DNA from: Candidatus Multivoradales bacterium
GTDB lineage: Bacteria; Acidobacteriota; Thermoanaerobaculia; Multivoradales; JAHEKO01
NCBI GenBank assembly: GCA_965223155.1
Contig: CBDCVR010000013.1
Location: 768,001 to 832,000 of the forward strand
DNA: 64,000 bases
Reading direction: 5' to 3'
The notes under the pieces are model-generated. The model was not told the origin of the DNA. It ran no database searches and was given only the letters and a program-made list of their open reading frames with translations. Shown in pieces: positions 1 through 9,556 of the stretch; position 1 is the stretch's first letter; every line of letters starts with the position of its first letter. Both the position numbers and the translations under genes were made by a program.

Positions 1-1779
1 CTGGTCGACATTCTGGAGCGAGAGCTCTCCCGGGAGGCGGTGGAGTCAGACATCCAGCGCAAGGTCCAGTCCAGCCTCGAGGAGAAGCGGCGCGAGCAGG
101 TGCTGCGCGAGCAGCTCAAAGTGATCCGCGACAGCCTGGGCGAGAACAGTGGCCCCAAGACCGAAGCCGAGCAGTACGAGGCCTTGATCGAAGGCCTGCC
201 CCTGGACGACGACTCCAAGCGAACGCTCGAGCGCGAATGTAGCCGGCTGGCGATGATGTCCGAACAGTCTGCCGAGTATCCGGTGCAGAGCAGCTACCTG
301 GATACCGTGTTCCGCCTGCCCTGGTGGGAGCGCACCGACGACACGCTGGATCTCGAGAGGGCCGAGAAGCTCCTGGCCAAACACCACCACGGCGTCGATG
401 AAGTCAAGGAGCGGCTGGTGGAGTTTCTGTCGGTGCTCAAACTCAAGGGCACGGTGGGCGGCTCGATTCTCTGCCTGGTGGGCCCGCCCGGCACTGGCAA
501 GACCTCCCTTGGGCGCTCGATCGCCGAAGCCATGGGCCGCAAGTTCGAACGCATAAGCCTGGGCGGAATCTCGGATGAGAGCGAGATCCGCGGGCACCGC
601 AAGACCTACGTCGGGGCCATGCCCGGCAAGCTCCTGGCCGCCTACGACACGGCCGGATCCCGCAACCCCGTGATCCTCTTGGACGAGATCGACAAGCTGG
701 GCAAGGGGTTGCGCGGAGATCCCTCGGCGGCCCTGCTGGAAGTTCTGGATCCGGAACAGAACCGGACCTTTACCGACCACTACATCGGCGTACCCTTCGA
801 TCTGTCCGAGACCCTGTTCGTGGCCACCGCCAACGTGCTCGAGGAGATTCCGGCTCCTCTCCGGGACCGGCTCGAAGTCCTGCGCATAGCCGGCTACACC
901 GAGGCCGAGAAGGTCACCATCACCAAGAAGTTCATGCTACCCAAGCAGCTCGAGGCTCACGGCCTGGACCGCGGTGCCATCGGCATCTCGAAGGGCGCGA
1001 TCGAGCACCTGATCGGCGCCTACACCTCGGAGGCCGGCCTGCGCGATCTGGAGCGTCAGCTAGCCACCATCTGCCGCAAGGTCGCCCGCCGCCGAGCCCA
1101 GGGCCAAGGATCGGAAACGATCCGGATCCGCAAGTCGGACGTCGCTTCCTATCTGGGCCCAGTGCGCTTCGAGCAGGAGTTCGCCGGCCGCCGCCCCGAG
1201 GTCGGGCTGGCCACGGGTCTAGCTTGGACCGGTGCCGGCGGCGCCATCCTCTTCATCGAGGCCACTCGGATGGAGGGCGACGGCCGGATCCGGGTCACCG
1301 GACAGCTCGGCGACGTCATGCGCGAGTCGGTCGAGACCGCCTTCTCCTACGTGAGGGCCCACGCCGAAGAGCTGGACATTCCGGCCGACCGGGCTCGTTC
1401 GAGCGACATCCACATTCACTTCCCCGCCGGCGCTATTCCCAAGGATGGTCCGTCGGCCGGGGTCGCCGCCGCCACCTGCCTGGCATCGCTGCTTTCCGGC
1501 CGGCCGGTTCGGCACGACGTGGCGATGAGCGGTGAGATCACGCTCCGGGGCAAGATCCTCTCGGTCGGAGGGATCAAGGAAAAGGTCCTGGCCGCGCACC
1601 GAGCGAGGATTCGCAAGGTGCTGCTGCCCATCGGCAATCGCAAGGACCTCGGCACCGTTCCGGACGATGTCCTCGAAGACGTGGAAGTGGCCTTCGTGGA
1701 CCGCGTCGAGGACGCCTGGCGCGAAGCGCTCGTGCCCCTGCTGACCGCCACCGAGGCCGATCTCGAACGCCTGTCCTGA
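1..1779 (+). CDS. lon: ATP-dependent Lon protease (5'-truncated by window edge)
   Basis: Open frame from base 1; Walker A GPPGTGKTS, RGHRKTYVGAMPG, Walker B LLDEIDK, catalytic PKDGPSAG and downstream Lys (VGGIKEK). Confidence 0.97.
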   Translation: MVDILERELSREAVESDIQRKVQSSLEEKRREQVLREQLKVIRDSLGENSGPKTEAEQYEALIEGLPLDDDSKRTLERECSRLAMMSEQSAEYPVQSSYLDTVFRLPWWERTDDTLDLERAEKLLAKHHHGVDEVKERLVEFLSVLKLKGTVGGSILCLVGPPGTGKTSLGRSIAEAMGRKFERISLGGISDESEIRGHRKTYVGAMPGKLLAAYDTAGSRNPVILLDEIDKLGKGLRGDPSAALLEVLDPEQNRTFTDHYIGVPFDLSETLFVATANVLEEIPAPLRDRLEVLRIAGYTEAEKVTITKKFMLPKQLEAHGLDRGAIGISKGAIEHLIGAYTSEAGLRDLERQLATICRKVARRRAQGQGSETIRIRKSDVASYLGPVRFEQEFAGRRPEVGLATGLAWTGAGGAILFIEATRMEGDGRIRVTGQLGDVMRESVETAFSYVRAHAEELDIPADRARSSDIHIHFPAGAIPKDGPSAGVAAATCLASLLSGRPVRHDVAMSGEITLRGKILSVGGIKEKVLAAHRARIRKVLLPIGNRKDLGTVPDDVLEDVEVAFVDRVEDAWREALVPLLTATEADLERLS

Positions 1780-1826
1780 GACCGCTCCGCCTCGGCCTGG
1801 ACCGGGCCCAAGGCGGCCCCGAGCCC

Positions 1827-3506
1827 CTAGCGATAGGGCTTGTGCTCGCGGGAGAAGTACTCCCGAGCCATCGCCACCGTAGGTCCAGCCAGCAGCACCA
1901 GCGCCAGCAGGTTCGGGAACGACATCAGCCCCAGAGCCACGTCGCCGAAGGTCCACACCGCCTGTAGCGGCAGGATCGCCCCCAGAAAGAAGAAGCCGAC
2001 GTAGATCCAGCGGTAGATCGGAATCCAGCGCGATCCGAAGAGGTACTCCGTGGCCCGGTCCCCGTAGTAGGACCAGGAGATCGCAGTGGAGATCGCGAAC
2101 AAGAGAACCGCCAGAGTGACGATCATGTCGCCCTGGGTCCCGGGTAGGGCCTTGCTGAAACCGTGCGCGGTCAGCGGCGCTCCGGTCAAGAGCGCCCGGC
2201 CACGGATCTGAGCTGGCGGCCCGTCCACGATCGACAGAACGCCGTCGCCAGAGACCGCCACCTTGCCGTTCCAGGGCTTGCCGGACTCATCGACCAGGAG
2301 GACGTCGTCCACCGTGGCGCCCAGGTGGGAGAACGAGACCCGGCCCGGAGCGCCGCCCACGATCTCGAGCGGCTGAGTCGAGTCGGCCGGAAGGTTGCCG
2401 AAGGCGGCCACACTCGCCGCCGCGCCGTCCAGAGGGAGGCTGGTCTCCACCTTGTCCCGCCAGGCGCCGGACATCAGGATGACCAGGCCGGTCATGGTGC
2501 AGATCACGAGCGTGTCGATGAACGGCCCCAGGGACGCCACCAGTCCCTCGCGCACGGGCTCTTTGGTCTTGGCGGTGGCGTGGGCGATGGGCGCGCTCCC
2601 CTGCCCGGCCTCGTTACTGAAGAGGCCGCGCCGTATTCCCCACATCAACGTCATCAGGAAGGACCCGGCCGCGCCGCCGGCCAGAGACGTGGGCGCGAAG
2701 GCCTCGCTGATGATGGTCGCGAAGGTGCCCGGAATCTGGCCGAAGTTGAGCGCCAGCACCAGCAGCGCACCGCCGACGTAGAGTGCGGCCATGCCCGGAG
2801 CCAGCACCGCTGTGACCTTGCCGATCCGCCGGATGCCGCCGATGATGACCATTCCCACGATCGCCGCCGCGATCAGTGCGGTCCAAATCGTGGGCACGCC
2901 GAAGCGGGCCTGAACCGCGTCGGCCAGGGTGTTCGACTGGTTCATGTTGCCGCTGCCGAACGAACAGATCACCGCGAAGGCGGCGAACGTCGTGGCCATC
3001 CACTTCCATTTCGGCCCCAGCCCTAGCTCGATGTAGTACATCGGGCCGCCCGAGACCGAACCGTCCTTGTGGACCTTCCGGTAGCGCAGCGCGAGCGTGC
3101 ACTCGACGAACTTGAGTGCCATGCCGAAGAACGCCGTCACCCACATCCAGAAGAGCGCTCCGGGGCCGCCCATGCGGATGGCGATGGCCACGCCGGCGAT
3201 GTTGCCGATACCGACGGTCGCCGACAGAGCGGTGGTCAGAGCCTGGTAGTGCTTCAGGTCTCCCTCGTCTTCGGGGTCGTCGTACTTGCCCGAAGCGATC
3301 GCCACTGCGTGGGTAAAGCCGCGGACCTGGATGAAGCCTAGACGCAAGGTCACGAAGAGCCCGGTGCCGAGCAGGACGATGGCCAGAAGCGGCGCCTGCT
3401 CGGGCCAATTCCAGACATATCCCTCGAGGAAGCTGGCAACCGGACCCAGCCACTCTGTGACCGCACCGGAGACGGACTGCGAAAGCGATTCGATGAACTC
3501 AAGCAT
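1827..3506 (-). CDS. Alanine/glycine:cation symporter (AGCS family)
   Basis: ATVGIGNIAGVA, GGPGALFWMW, GGPMYYI, RGLFSNEAGQGSAPIAHA signatures; many TM segments. Confidence 0.95.
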   Translation of the reverse strand: MLEFIESLSQSVSGAVTEWLGPVASFLEGYVWNWPEQAPLLAIVLLGTGLFVTLRLGFIQVRGFTHAVAIASGKYDDPEDEGDLKHYQALTTALSATVGIGNIAGVAIAIRMGGPGALFWMWVTAFFGMALKFVECTLALRYRKVHKDGSVSGGPMYYIELGLGPKWKWMATTFAAFAVICSFGSGNMNQSNTLADAVQARFGVPTIWTALIAAAIVGMVIIGGIRRIGKVTAVLAPGMAALYVGGALLVLALNFGQIPGTFATIISEAFAPTSLAGGAAGSFLMTLMWGIRRGLFSNEAGQGSAPIAHATAKTKEPVREGLVASLGPFIDTLVICTMTGLVILMSGAWRDKVETSLPLDGAAASVAAFGNLPADSTQPLEIVGGAPGRVSFSHLGATVDDVLLVDESGKPWNGKVAVSGDGVLSIVDGPPAQIRGRALLTGAPLTAHGFSKALPGTQGDMIVTLAVLLFAISTAISWSYYGDRATEYLFGSRWIPIYRWIYVGFFFLGAILPLQAVWTFGDVALGLMSFPNLLALVLLAGPTVAMAREYFSREHKPYR

Positions 3507-3675
3507 GGAAATCCCCCGAGGGTCGAATGGAAGAGCCGTGTGGAGAGCGGGCGCAGTGTAGCACGCAGTTTCGACGCGCCTGGAGCCCTCGAGGGCCCGG
3601 CCGCCTGCCCGCTCACGAGCCCGATTTCGGCGCCCGCGGCCGACGCCACTTCGACCCGGCCGCGTCTGCTTGAGC

Positions 3676-4227
3676 CTAGGCGAGCAAGGCGCGGAGTGCT
3701 CCGGAATCCGATGCCGGCCGCACCAGTCCGGCCAGCCCGCGCGCCGCGACCGCCGCGGCGATCTCGGCCAGGGTCTGTCCCGTCTCGGGATGCACGCGGT
3801 CCGGTTCTACGTCCGCAAGCGGCACCGCCACGTGGGCGGCGCTCAGGATCTCCGGGTCCGGAATCACGATGGCCAGGGGCTCGCAGTCCAGGATCGCGTC
3901 GCCGTAGAGGCCGACGTCCAGATCGATCGGCCGCGGCGCGTTGCGATCGGCGCTCCGGCGCCGGCCCAGGCCAGCCTCCACCGCGCGCAGTACCCGGTAC
4001 TTGAGCACCGCCGGACTGAGCTCGCTGCGCACCGCCACCGCCGCGTTGTGAAACGGCGGCGTTCCCGCCGTGCCCGCCGGCCCTACCGCATCACTCTCGA
4101 AGACGGTCGACGCCGCGACGACCTCGACTTCATGGGCAAGCCGTCGGACCGCTTCGACCAGGTTGCGCTCGGGGTCCACGTTGGAACCCATCGACACCAG
4201 TACCGACCGCGCCCTCGGCGCCGACAT
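3676..4227 (-). CDS. folK: 2-amino-4-hydroxy-6-hydroxymethyldihydropteridine diphosphokinase
   Basis: SMGSN, FHNAAV, PRPIDLDV motifs; ATG overlaps upstream TGA (TGATG). Confidence 0.92.
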   Translation of the reverse strand: MSAPRARSVLVSMGSNVDPERNLVEAVRRLAHEVEVVAASTVFESDAVGPAGTAGTPPFHNAAVAVRSELSPAVLKYRVLRAVEAGLGRRRSADRNAPRPIDLDVGLYGDAILDCEPLAIVIPDPEILSAAHVAVPLADVEPDRVHPETGQTLAEIAAAVAARGLAGLVRPASDSGALRALLA

Positions 4228-4634
4228 CAACCCGAGCTTCCGGATTCCTGAGGCTCGGCGGCCGGGAACTCGGAACGGCCGCGCTCGATCTCCACACCCA
4301 CCGAATCCGCGAACCGCAAGGCGCCGGGCTTCTCGACCCGGACCCGCACCCGGGAAGCGCCGAAATCCACCACCACGATCCGGGCGATCTCGGCCGCCAG
4401 CGCCTCGACCAGGTAGTAGCTGGAGGACTCCACCAGGGCGATGACGGCCTTGGTCACCGAGCGATAGTTGAGCGTGTCGGCCACGTCGTCGCTGCCACCC
4501 GAGGCGCTGAGGTCAGCCGCGATCTCCAAGTTGACCAGAATGTCCTGGCGTTTCTCGCGCTCCCAGTCGTTGAGACCCAGAATGCCCCGCAGCCGTAGGT
4601 TCCGAATCAGAATGCGGTCGCCGTTCGTCGTCAT
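4227..4634 (-). CDS. folB: Dihydroneopterin aldolase/epimerase (FolB/FolX family)
   Basis: D-x-I-x-IRNLRL..IG..DWER..RQ, TLNYRSVTK, YLVEALA, EKPGALRFADSVGVEIERG. Confidence 0.88.
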   Translation of the reverse strand: MTTNGDRILIRNLRLRGILGLNDWEREKRQDILVNLEIAADLSASGGSDDVADTLNYRSVTKAVIALVESSSYYLVEALAAEIARIVVVDFGASRVRVRVEKPGALRFADSVGVEIERGRSEFPAAEPQESGSSG

Positions 4635-4647
4635 GATCCAGGTCCTT

Positions 4648-5397
4648 TCATCGGGCCACCGCCAGGTGGGCGCCGCCGTCCACCGGCAGTACCGCTCCGG
4701 TGATGTATTCGTGCCTGGCCAGAAACAGGATCGCCCGAGCCACGTCTTCGGGCCTGCCGGTGCGACCCAGCGGAATGCCGTCTCCCCGCCGCGTCCACTC
4801 GGGGTCGCGCTCGCTCGTACCCGGAGGCGGCAGGATCGCGCCCGGCACCACGCAACTGACCCGGATCTCGGGTCCCAGCTCGCGCGCCGCCGAGCGCGTC
4901 AGGTGAATCAGGCCGGCCTTCGCGGTCGCGTGCTGCGCAAATCCGTCCCAAGGCATCAAGCCGCTCAAGTCAGAGATGTTGACGATCGCCCCGGTTCCCG
5001 AGGTCTCCAGAATCCAGCGCGCTCCTTCCTGAATGCACAAGAAGGGAGCGCGCAGGTTGACGGCCAGGGCGACATCCCAGGAGGCCGCCGAGATCTCCAG
5101 CAGGGGCCCCCGTTCGAAATTGGCGGCGCTGTTGACGAGCAAATCCAACGAGGGCACTCGCGGCCGCAGCCCGGCAAAGAGCGCACGCACTTCCTCTTCG
5201 TCGGCGAGGTCCGCCCCCGCCGTCCAGGCCTCGACGCCCAGCGCTCGAATCTCCTCCGCCGTGGCGTCGGCTCGTTCCCGGGAGCGGCCGAAATGCACGA
5301 TCACCGAAACACCTTCGCCCGCCAGGGCCAACGCCACAGCCTTGCCCAGACGATGTGCCGCTCCGGTAACCAGAGCCGTCTTGCCCGCCAGATCCAT
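4648..5397 (-). CDS. SDR family pteridine reductase (FolM/PTR1-like)
   Basis: TGAAHRLG (TGxxxRxG pteridine-reductase variant), LVNSA, ITGAVLPVDGG; first gene of the folB-folK unit; start moved to MDLAGK ATG at 5397. Confidence 0.85.
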   Translation of the reverse strand: MDLAGKTALVTGAAHRLGKAVALALAGEGVSVIVHFGRSRERADATAEEIRALGVEAWTAGADLADEEEVRALFAGLRPRVPSLDLLVNSAANFERGPLLEISAASWDVALAVNLRAPFLCIQEGARWILETSGTGAIVNISDLSGLMPWDGFAQHATAKAGLIHLTRSAARELGPEIRVSCVVPGAILPPPGTSERDPEWTRRGDGIPLGRTGRPEDVARAILFLARHEYITGAVLPVDGGAHLAVAR

Positions 5398-5599
5398 CAC
5401 GATCGATGATGGGCAAAAGGTCGGGCGAGTGTCAACCGGACCACGACGCCGCTGATAGATTCGGCCGCAAACCCTAACTCCTGGGAGGCCCCTCTGCAGC
5501 ACGCCATCTCTCCGGCTCCGGCCGCCCCCCGATTACGCAAGCCGCCGGCTCCAGCCGCCGCAGGCCAGCACCGTTTCGCTGGCGTCCGCTCGCGGCGGC

Positions 5600-5878
5600 C
5601 CTGGCGGTGGCCTGCTCGCGTTTCAGAGCACCCGCCGAGATGGCAAGTCCAACGACGTCTGGGTCCTGGATCCCGACGAGCCCGACTCCGCGCGATTGGT
5701 CTTCGAGGCTCCCGGCGGTAGCTGGTACGCGGCCGCCGATTGGAGCGCCGGCGGTAGCCAGCTCCTGGTCATGCAGTACGTCAGCATCACCGACTCCCGG
5801 ATCCACCTGCTGAACCTCGAGACCGGAGAATCGCGCCGCATCGCCGTGGTCGGAGAGGCACCCTTGCAGCCGAGGTAG
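5600..5878 (+). pseudogene. Start-less fragment resembling the beta-propeller region of an S9 (prolyl oligopeptidase-like) peptidase
   Basis: Reads LLAFQSTRRDGKSNDVWVLDP..ARLVFEAPGGSWYAAADWSAGGSQLLVMQYVSITDSRIHLLNLETG; in-frame stops at 5453-5458, no ATG/GTG ahead of the homologous part, no catalytic domain. Confidence 0.55.
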
Positions 5879-5992
5879 GAGTCCAGGTGGTCGGGCCGCT
5901 TGGCGCTTTCGGCTGTGGGCTAGTCCGCGCCGAAAAGTCGAGAGTTCGGCTATACTTACGACCCTTCGAGCCCCTGCGGCAGCCCTTTTCCC

Positions 5993-7255
5993 ATGACCAA
6001 CGCTAGCAACCGCCAGGCGTCGATCGACTCGCGGCGAATCGACCTCGAACGGGAAATCTCGATCCGAGTTCCCCGCTTCGATACCTTTGTCACCGAGTAC
6101 TCCCAGAACATCTCGACTACCGGGATGTTCATCGTCTCCGAGCAGCCACAGCCTCCCGGCACCACGTTCTCGTTCGAATTCAGCGTCGCCGACGACTGGA
6201 AGCTGATTCGCGGCAAGGCCCAGGTCGTCTGGACCCGGTACCGGAGCGAGGGCCCCGAGCGCCCGGCCGGCATGGGCGTGCGCTTCGTCGAACTGGACGC
6301 CCAAAGCCGGCGGCTGATCCGATGGATCGTTGAAAAGCATATCCGGGAAGGCGGAACGCCCTTCGAGCTGGACGATCTTCGTAACGTCATCGACGAGGCC
6401 CTCGAGGAAGTCGAGCCCTTTGACACCCCGGCCGGCTCGACCGCCGCGTTGCGTCCACCGGCCCCGACGCGCCCCAAGCCCGAGGCCCGGCCCCGGCCGA
6501 CCACAATGGCGAAACCGGCGACCACCGCCAAGCGCCCTCCGGCCAAGGCCGGGACGGGCAATGACCGAAACATGGTGCCCCTTCTGGCCACGGCCGGAGC
6601 CGTCGTCCTGGCCCTCGCGCTGCTCTTCTGGCTGACCGAGTGGATCCCCAAGATCGGGGCCGAGACAGCCAGCGAGGAGTCGTCCGTCGCGGGTACTCCT
6701 GACGACGCCGAGTCCACGCCGGGCGAGCAGGACGCAGCCGACAGCTCGAACCCGGTACTTTCCGCGGCCGCCCGCTCAGGAGAGCCCAGCGCCGAGATCA
6801 ACACCGAACCGACCGCCGAAGTCCCAGCCACCCCGGAGGAGGGTCCCTCCGGGGTGGAGGTGGCGACGGCAGTGCCCGAAGCGCCAGCTTCGGTCGCGAT
6901 GCCGCCCCTGGGATCAGCCTACCCCGGCGTACGCGACACGGTTACCTCCTGGGCCGACGCCTGGTCCGCCCAGGACGCGGATCGGTACCTGGAGCACTAC
7001 TCCGAGGCCTTCGAGCCCGGCGGGGCGCTCAGCCTGCCGGCCTGGAGGAGCCAGCGGCGCCAGCGGCTGGTCGCCCCTGAGTTCATCAACGTGTCCGTCT
7101 CCCAGCTCGACATGCAGCGAGTGGACGACGCTCGGGTCCAGGTCACCTTCTTCCAGGCCTACCGCTCGAACCGCTTCAGCGACGAGGTGCAGAAGACCTT
7201 GGATCTGGTCTGGGAGCGCGGCGCCTGGAAGATCTGGCGCGAAGTCAGTCGATAA
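5993..7255 (+). CDS. TIGR02266-like (PilZ-type) membrane protein with C-terminal Csd6-like NTF2 domain
   Basis: YSQNISTTGMFI...GMGVRF N-domain; Pro-rich linker; TM LLATAGAVVLALALLFWL; C-term WADAWSAQDADRYLEHYS...FFQAYRS...K.LDLVWERGAWKI. Confidence 0.8.
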   Translation: MTNASNRQASIDSRRIDLEREISIRVPRFDTFVTEYSQNISTTGMFIVSEQPQPPGTTFSFEFSVADDWKLIRGKAQVVWTRYRSEGPERPAGMGVRFVELDAQSRRLIRWIVEKHIREGGTPFELDDLRNVIDEALEEVEPFDTPAGSTAALRPPAPTRPKPEARPRPTTMAKPATTAKRPPAKAGTGNDRNMVPLLATAGAVVLALALLFWLTEWIPKIGAETASEESSVAGTPDDAESTPGEQDAADSSNPVLSAAARSGEPSAEINTEPTAEVPATPEEGPSGVEVATAVPEAPASVAMPPLGSAYPGVRDTVTSWADAWSAQDADRYLEHYSEAFEPGGALSLPAWRSQRRQRLVAPEFINVSVSQLDMQRVDDARVQVTFFQAYRSNRFSDEVQKTLDLVWERGAWKIWREVSR

Positions 7256-9536
7256 CCGGCTCCGGCTCCCGCCCGAAGAGGAACCCGCCGCGTGGCGGCT
7301 CGTGGCCGTCGCGAAAGATCTCCCGGTAGGCACCGCGCCGGAACGAACGAACCCGCCGGCCGGTGGCCGGATCGATCCAGCGCTCGACGAGCCCACGCGG
7401 GCCTGCGGCGGTGGCGGCCGGTACCGCCGGGGCCAGCGGAGCAACCGCCTCGGCGAAGGCTCTCCAGATGGGAGCCGCGGCTTGGGCCCCGCTCGAGCCC
7501 AAGGGATGGCCGTCATCGTGCCCCACCCAGACGACCACGACCACCGAGCCGACGGTACCGGCGAACCAGGCGTCACGCCGTCCGGATGAGGTCCCGGTCT
7601 TCCCCACCACCCGGCGGCCCGCCACGCGCGACCGGCCGAGGCTTCGCTCCGAGGCTTCACGCAAGAGGTCCCGCACCAGGTAGGCCGACGCCGCCCGAGC
7701 CACCCGCCCGCGCCGGGAGCGCTCGCGGCCGAGCGTTCTGCCCGAAGGTGTGGTCACGCGCTGGAGCGCGACGGGCTCACGCGCCCAACCCAGGTCCACG
7801 AAGGCGGTGTAGGCCTGCGCCAGCTCCAGCGGCGAGGTTTCGAGCGCGCCCAGCACGAATGAAGGCGGCGGAGACTTGGCCACCGACAAGCCGGCCTTGC
7901 GGAAGCGCTCGGCCGTGGCCTCCCAGCCGCAGTGCCGAGCGATGCGAACCAGAGGCACGTTCAGGGACTGGACGACCGCGGTCCGCAGGCTGACCACGTC
8001 CCCATACCGGCCATCGGAGTTCTCCGGCCGCCAGGAGCCAGCTGGCAGCTTGAGCTCAAAGGGACGGTCCACGATCCGCCGCGCAGCGTGCAGGGCCTCG
8101 CGGCTACCGCAGCGTTCGAGTGCTTCGAGCACGACAAACGGTTTGACGGTCGAGCCGGGCTGGCGGCGCGCCAGGGTTACGCGGTCGAGCTCCCCTCCTC
8201 CCCGAGGATCGCCACCGACGGCGGCCAGCACCCGACCCGAAACGCCATCGACCGCGATCAAAGCCGCTTCGGGCCGACGCCCACGTCGCGCCAGCCGGTC
8301 GAGCCCAGCCCGAACCGCCGCCTCGGCGGCCCGCTGCATCGAGGGCTCGAGCGTCGTTTCGAGCACCATGCCGGTGCCGTCCTCTGATCGGCGCGGCGCC
8401 AACTCGGAGACCTCCCGCCGCAGGAACGCCAGCATGGACTGCGCCAGCTCGGGCGCGGGGCGGCGGGCCGGAGCGCTGGGAAGCGCCCGCCCGCGGGCCC
8501 GGGTCGCGGCACTCTCGTCGGCCCAGCCCAGCTCCTCGAGGCGGCTCAACACCAGATCCCGGCGTTCCCGGGCGCGCTCAGCGTGCCGGAAGGGGGCCAG
8601 CCGGTTGGGTCCCTGGATCAGAGCGGCGAGCAGCGCCCCTTCAGCCAGATCCAGCTCGGCCACCTCGTGCCCGAAGAAGGCCCGAGCCGCGGTTGCCAGG
8701 CCGTAGATGGCGACACCGTCGAGGTGCCCCATGTAGACCGAATTGAGATAGGCCTCGAGGATGTCTTCCTTCGCATGCTCGGCCTCGAGGGCAAGGGCGC
8801 GGGCCGCCTCGGAGACCTTCCGGCCCAGAGTCCTCTTGGGGCTGAGGTCGCGGATCTTGATCAACTGCTGGGTGATCGTGCTGCCGCCCTGAGTCACCCG
8901 CCCGGCGCGCGCGTTTCGGACCAGGGCACGGGCCACCGACCTGGGATCCACTCCGGAATGCTCGAAGAAGCGGGCGTCCTCGATCGCCAGCACCGCGCGC
9001 CAGACATGCTCCGGATAGCCCTCCAGGTTCGCCCAAATTCGCTTCGCCCGGGGGCCCGCGAGGCTCTCGGCCAACACCACCGGTGCCAGCTCGACCTCGC
9101 TTCGCTCCCTCGGTCCGCCGTCGTGTGCCCGGATGGCCAGAACCCGCGCCGAGCTCCGCTCCAACAGGATTTCCAGAAGCGGCGAGTCGCCGGTTCTGGC
9201 GGCGTCCTCCGCGCTCAGGTGGATCCAGAAGCGCTCGTGCCCCCAGAAGAAACCGCCGGGCGCCGCTGGCTTGCCGCGAAGCCGCGAATATCCCTGCCGG
9301 GTGAGACGCTCGGCGAGGGCCGCGGCCGCCAGGTCCTCGCCCACTCGGATGCGTACCGGCGCCGACAGCACGCGCACATCGTTCCGCCCGAGCTGGCCCC
9401 GGAGGGACCCCGCCTCGGCCAACGCCGGGACCAGACCGGCCAGGGCCAAGACCAAGACGAGCAGCCTACGGACTGGCCCCAACGAGACCGTCCGCCGAGC
9501 GGCGAACGAAAGGTTTCTGGCAACGTTTCGAGCCAC
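7245..9536 (-). CDS. Class A penicillin-binding protein (PBP1B-like transglycosylase/transpeptidase)
   Basis: GT51 motifs EDARFFEHSGVD, GGSTITQQL, KEDILEAYLN; TP motifs STVK, SLN, KTGT; UB2H-like segment after the TM. Confidence 0.93.
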   Translation of the reverse strand: MARNVARNLSFAARRTVSLGPVRRLLVLVLALAGLVPALAEAGSLRGQLGRNDVRVLSAPVRIRVGEDLAAAALAERLTRQGYSRLRGKPAAPGGFFWGHERFWIHLSAEDAARTGDSPLLEILLERSSARVLAIRAHDGGPRERSEVELAPVVLAESLAGPRAKRIWANLEGYPEHVWRAVLAIEDARFFEHSGVDPRSVARALVRNARAGRVTQGGSTITQQLIKIRDLSPKRTLGRKVSEAARALALEAEHAKEDILEAYLNSVYMGHLDGVAIYGLATAARAFFGHEVAELDLAEGALLAALIQGPNRLAPFRHAERARERRDLVLSRLEELGWADESAATRARGRALPSAPARRPAPELAQSMLAFLRREVSELAPRRSEDGTGMVLETTLEPSMQRAAEAAVRAGLDRLARRGRRPEAALIAVDGVSGRVLAAVGGDPRGGGELDRVTLARRQPGSTVKPFVVLEALERCGSREALHAARRIVDRPFELKLPAGSWRPENSDGRYGDVVSLRTAVVQSLNVPLVRIARHCGWEATAERFRKAGLSVAKSPPPSFVLGALETSPLELAQAYTAFVDLGWAREPVALQRVTTPSGRTLGRERSRRGRVARAASAYLVRDLLREASERSLGRSRVAGRRVVGKTGTSSGRRDAWFAGTVGSVVVVVWVGHDDGHPLGSSGAQAAAPIWRAFAEAVAPLAPAVPAATAAGPRGLVERWIDPATGRRVRSFRRGAYREIFRDGHEPPRGGFLFGREPEPVID

Positions 9537-9556
9537 GACCGTTGTTCAGGCAACCA

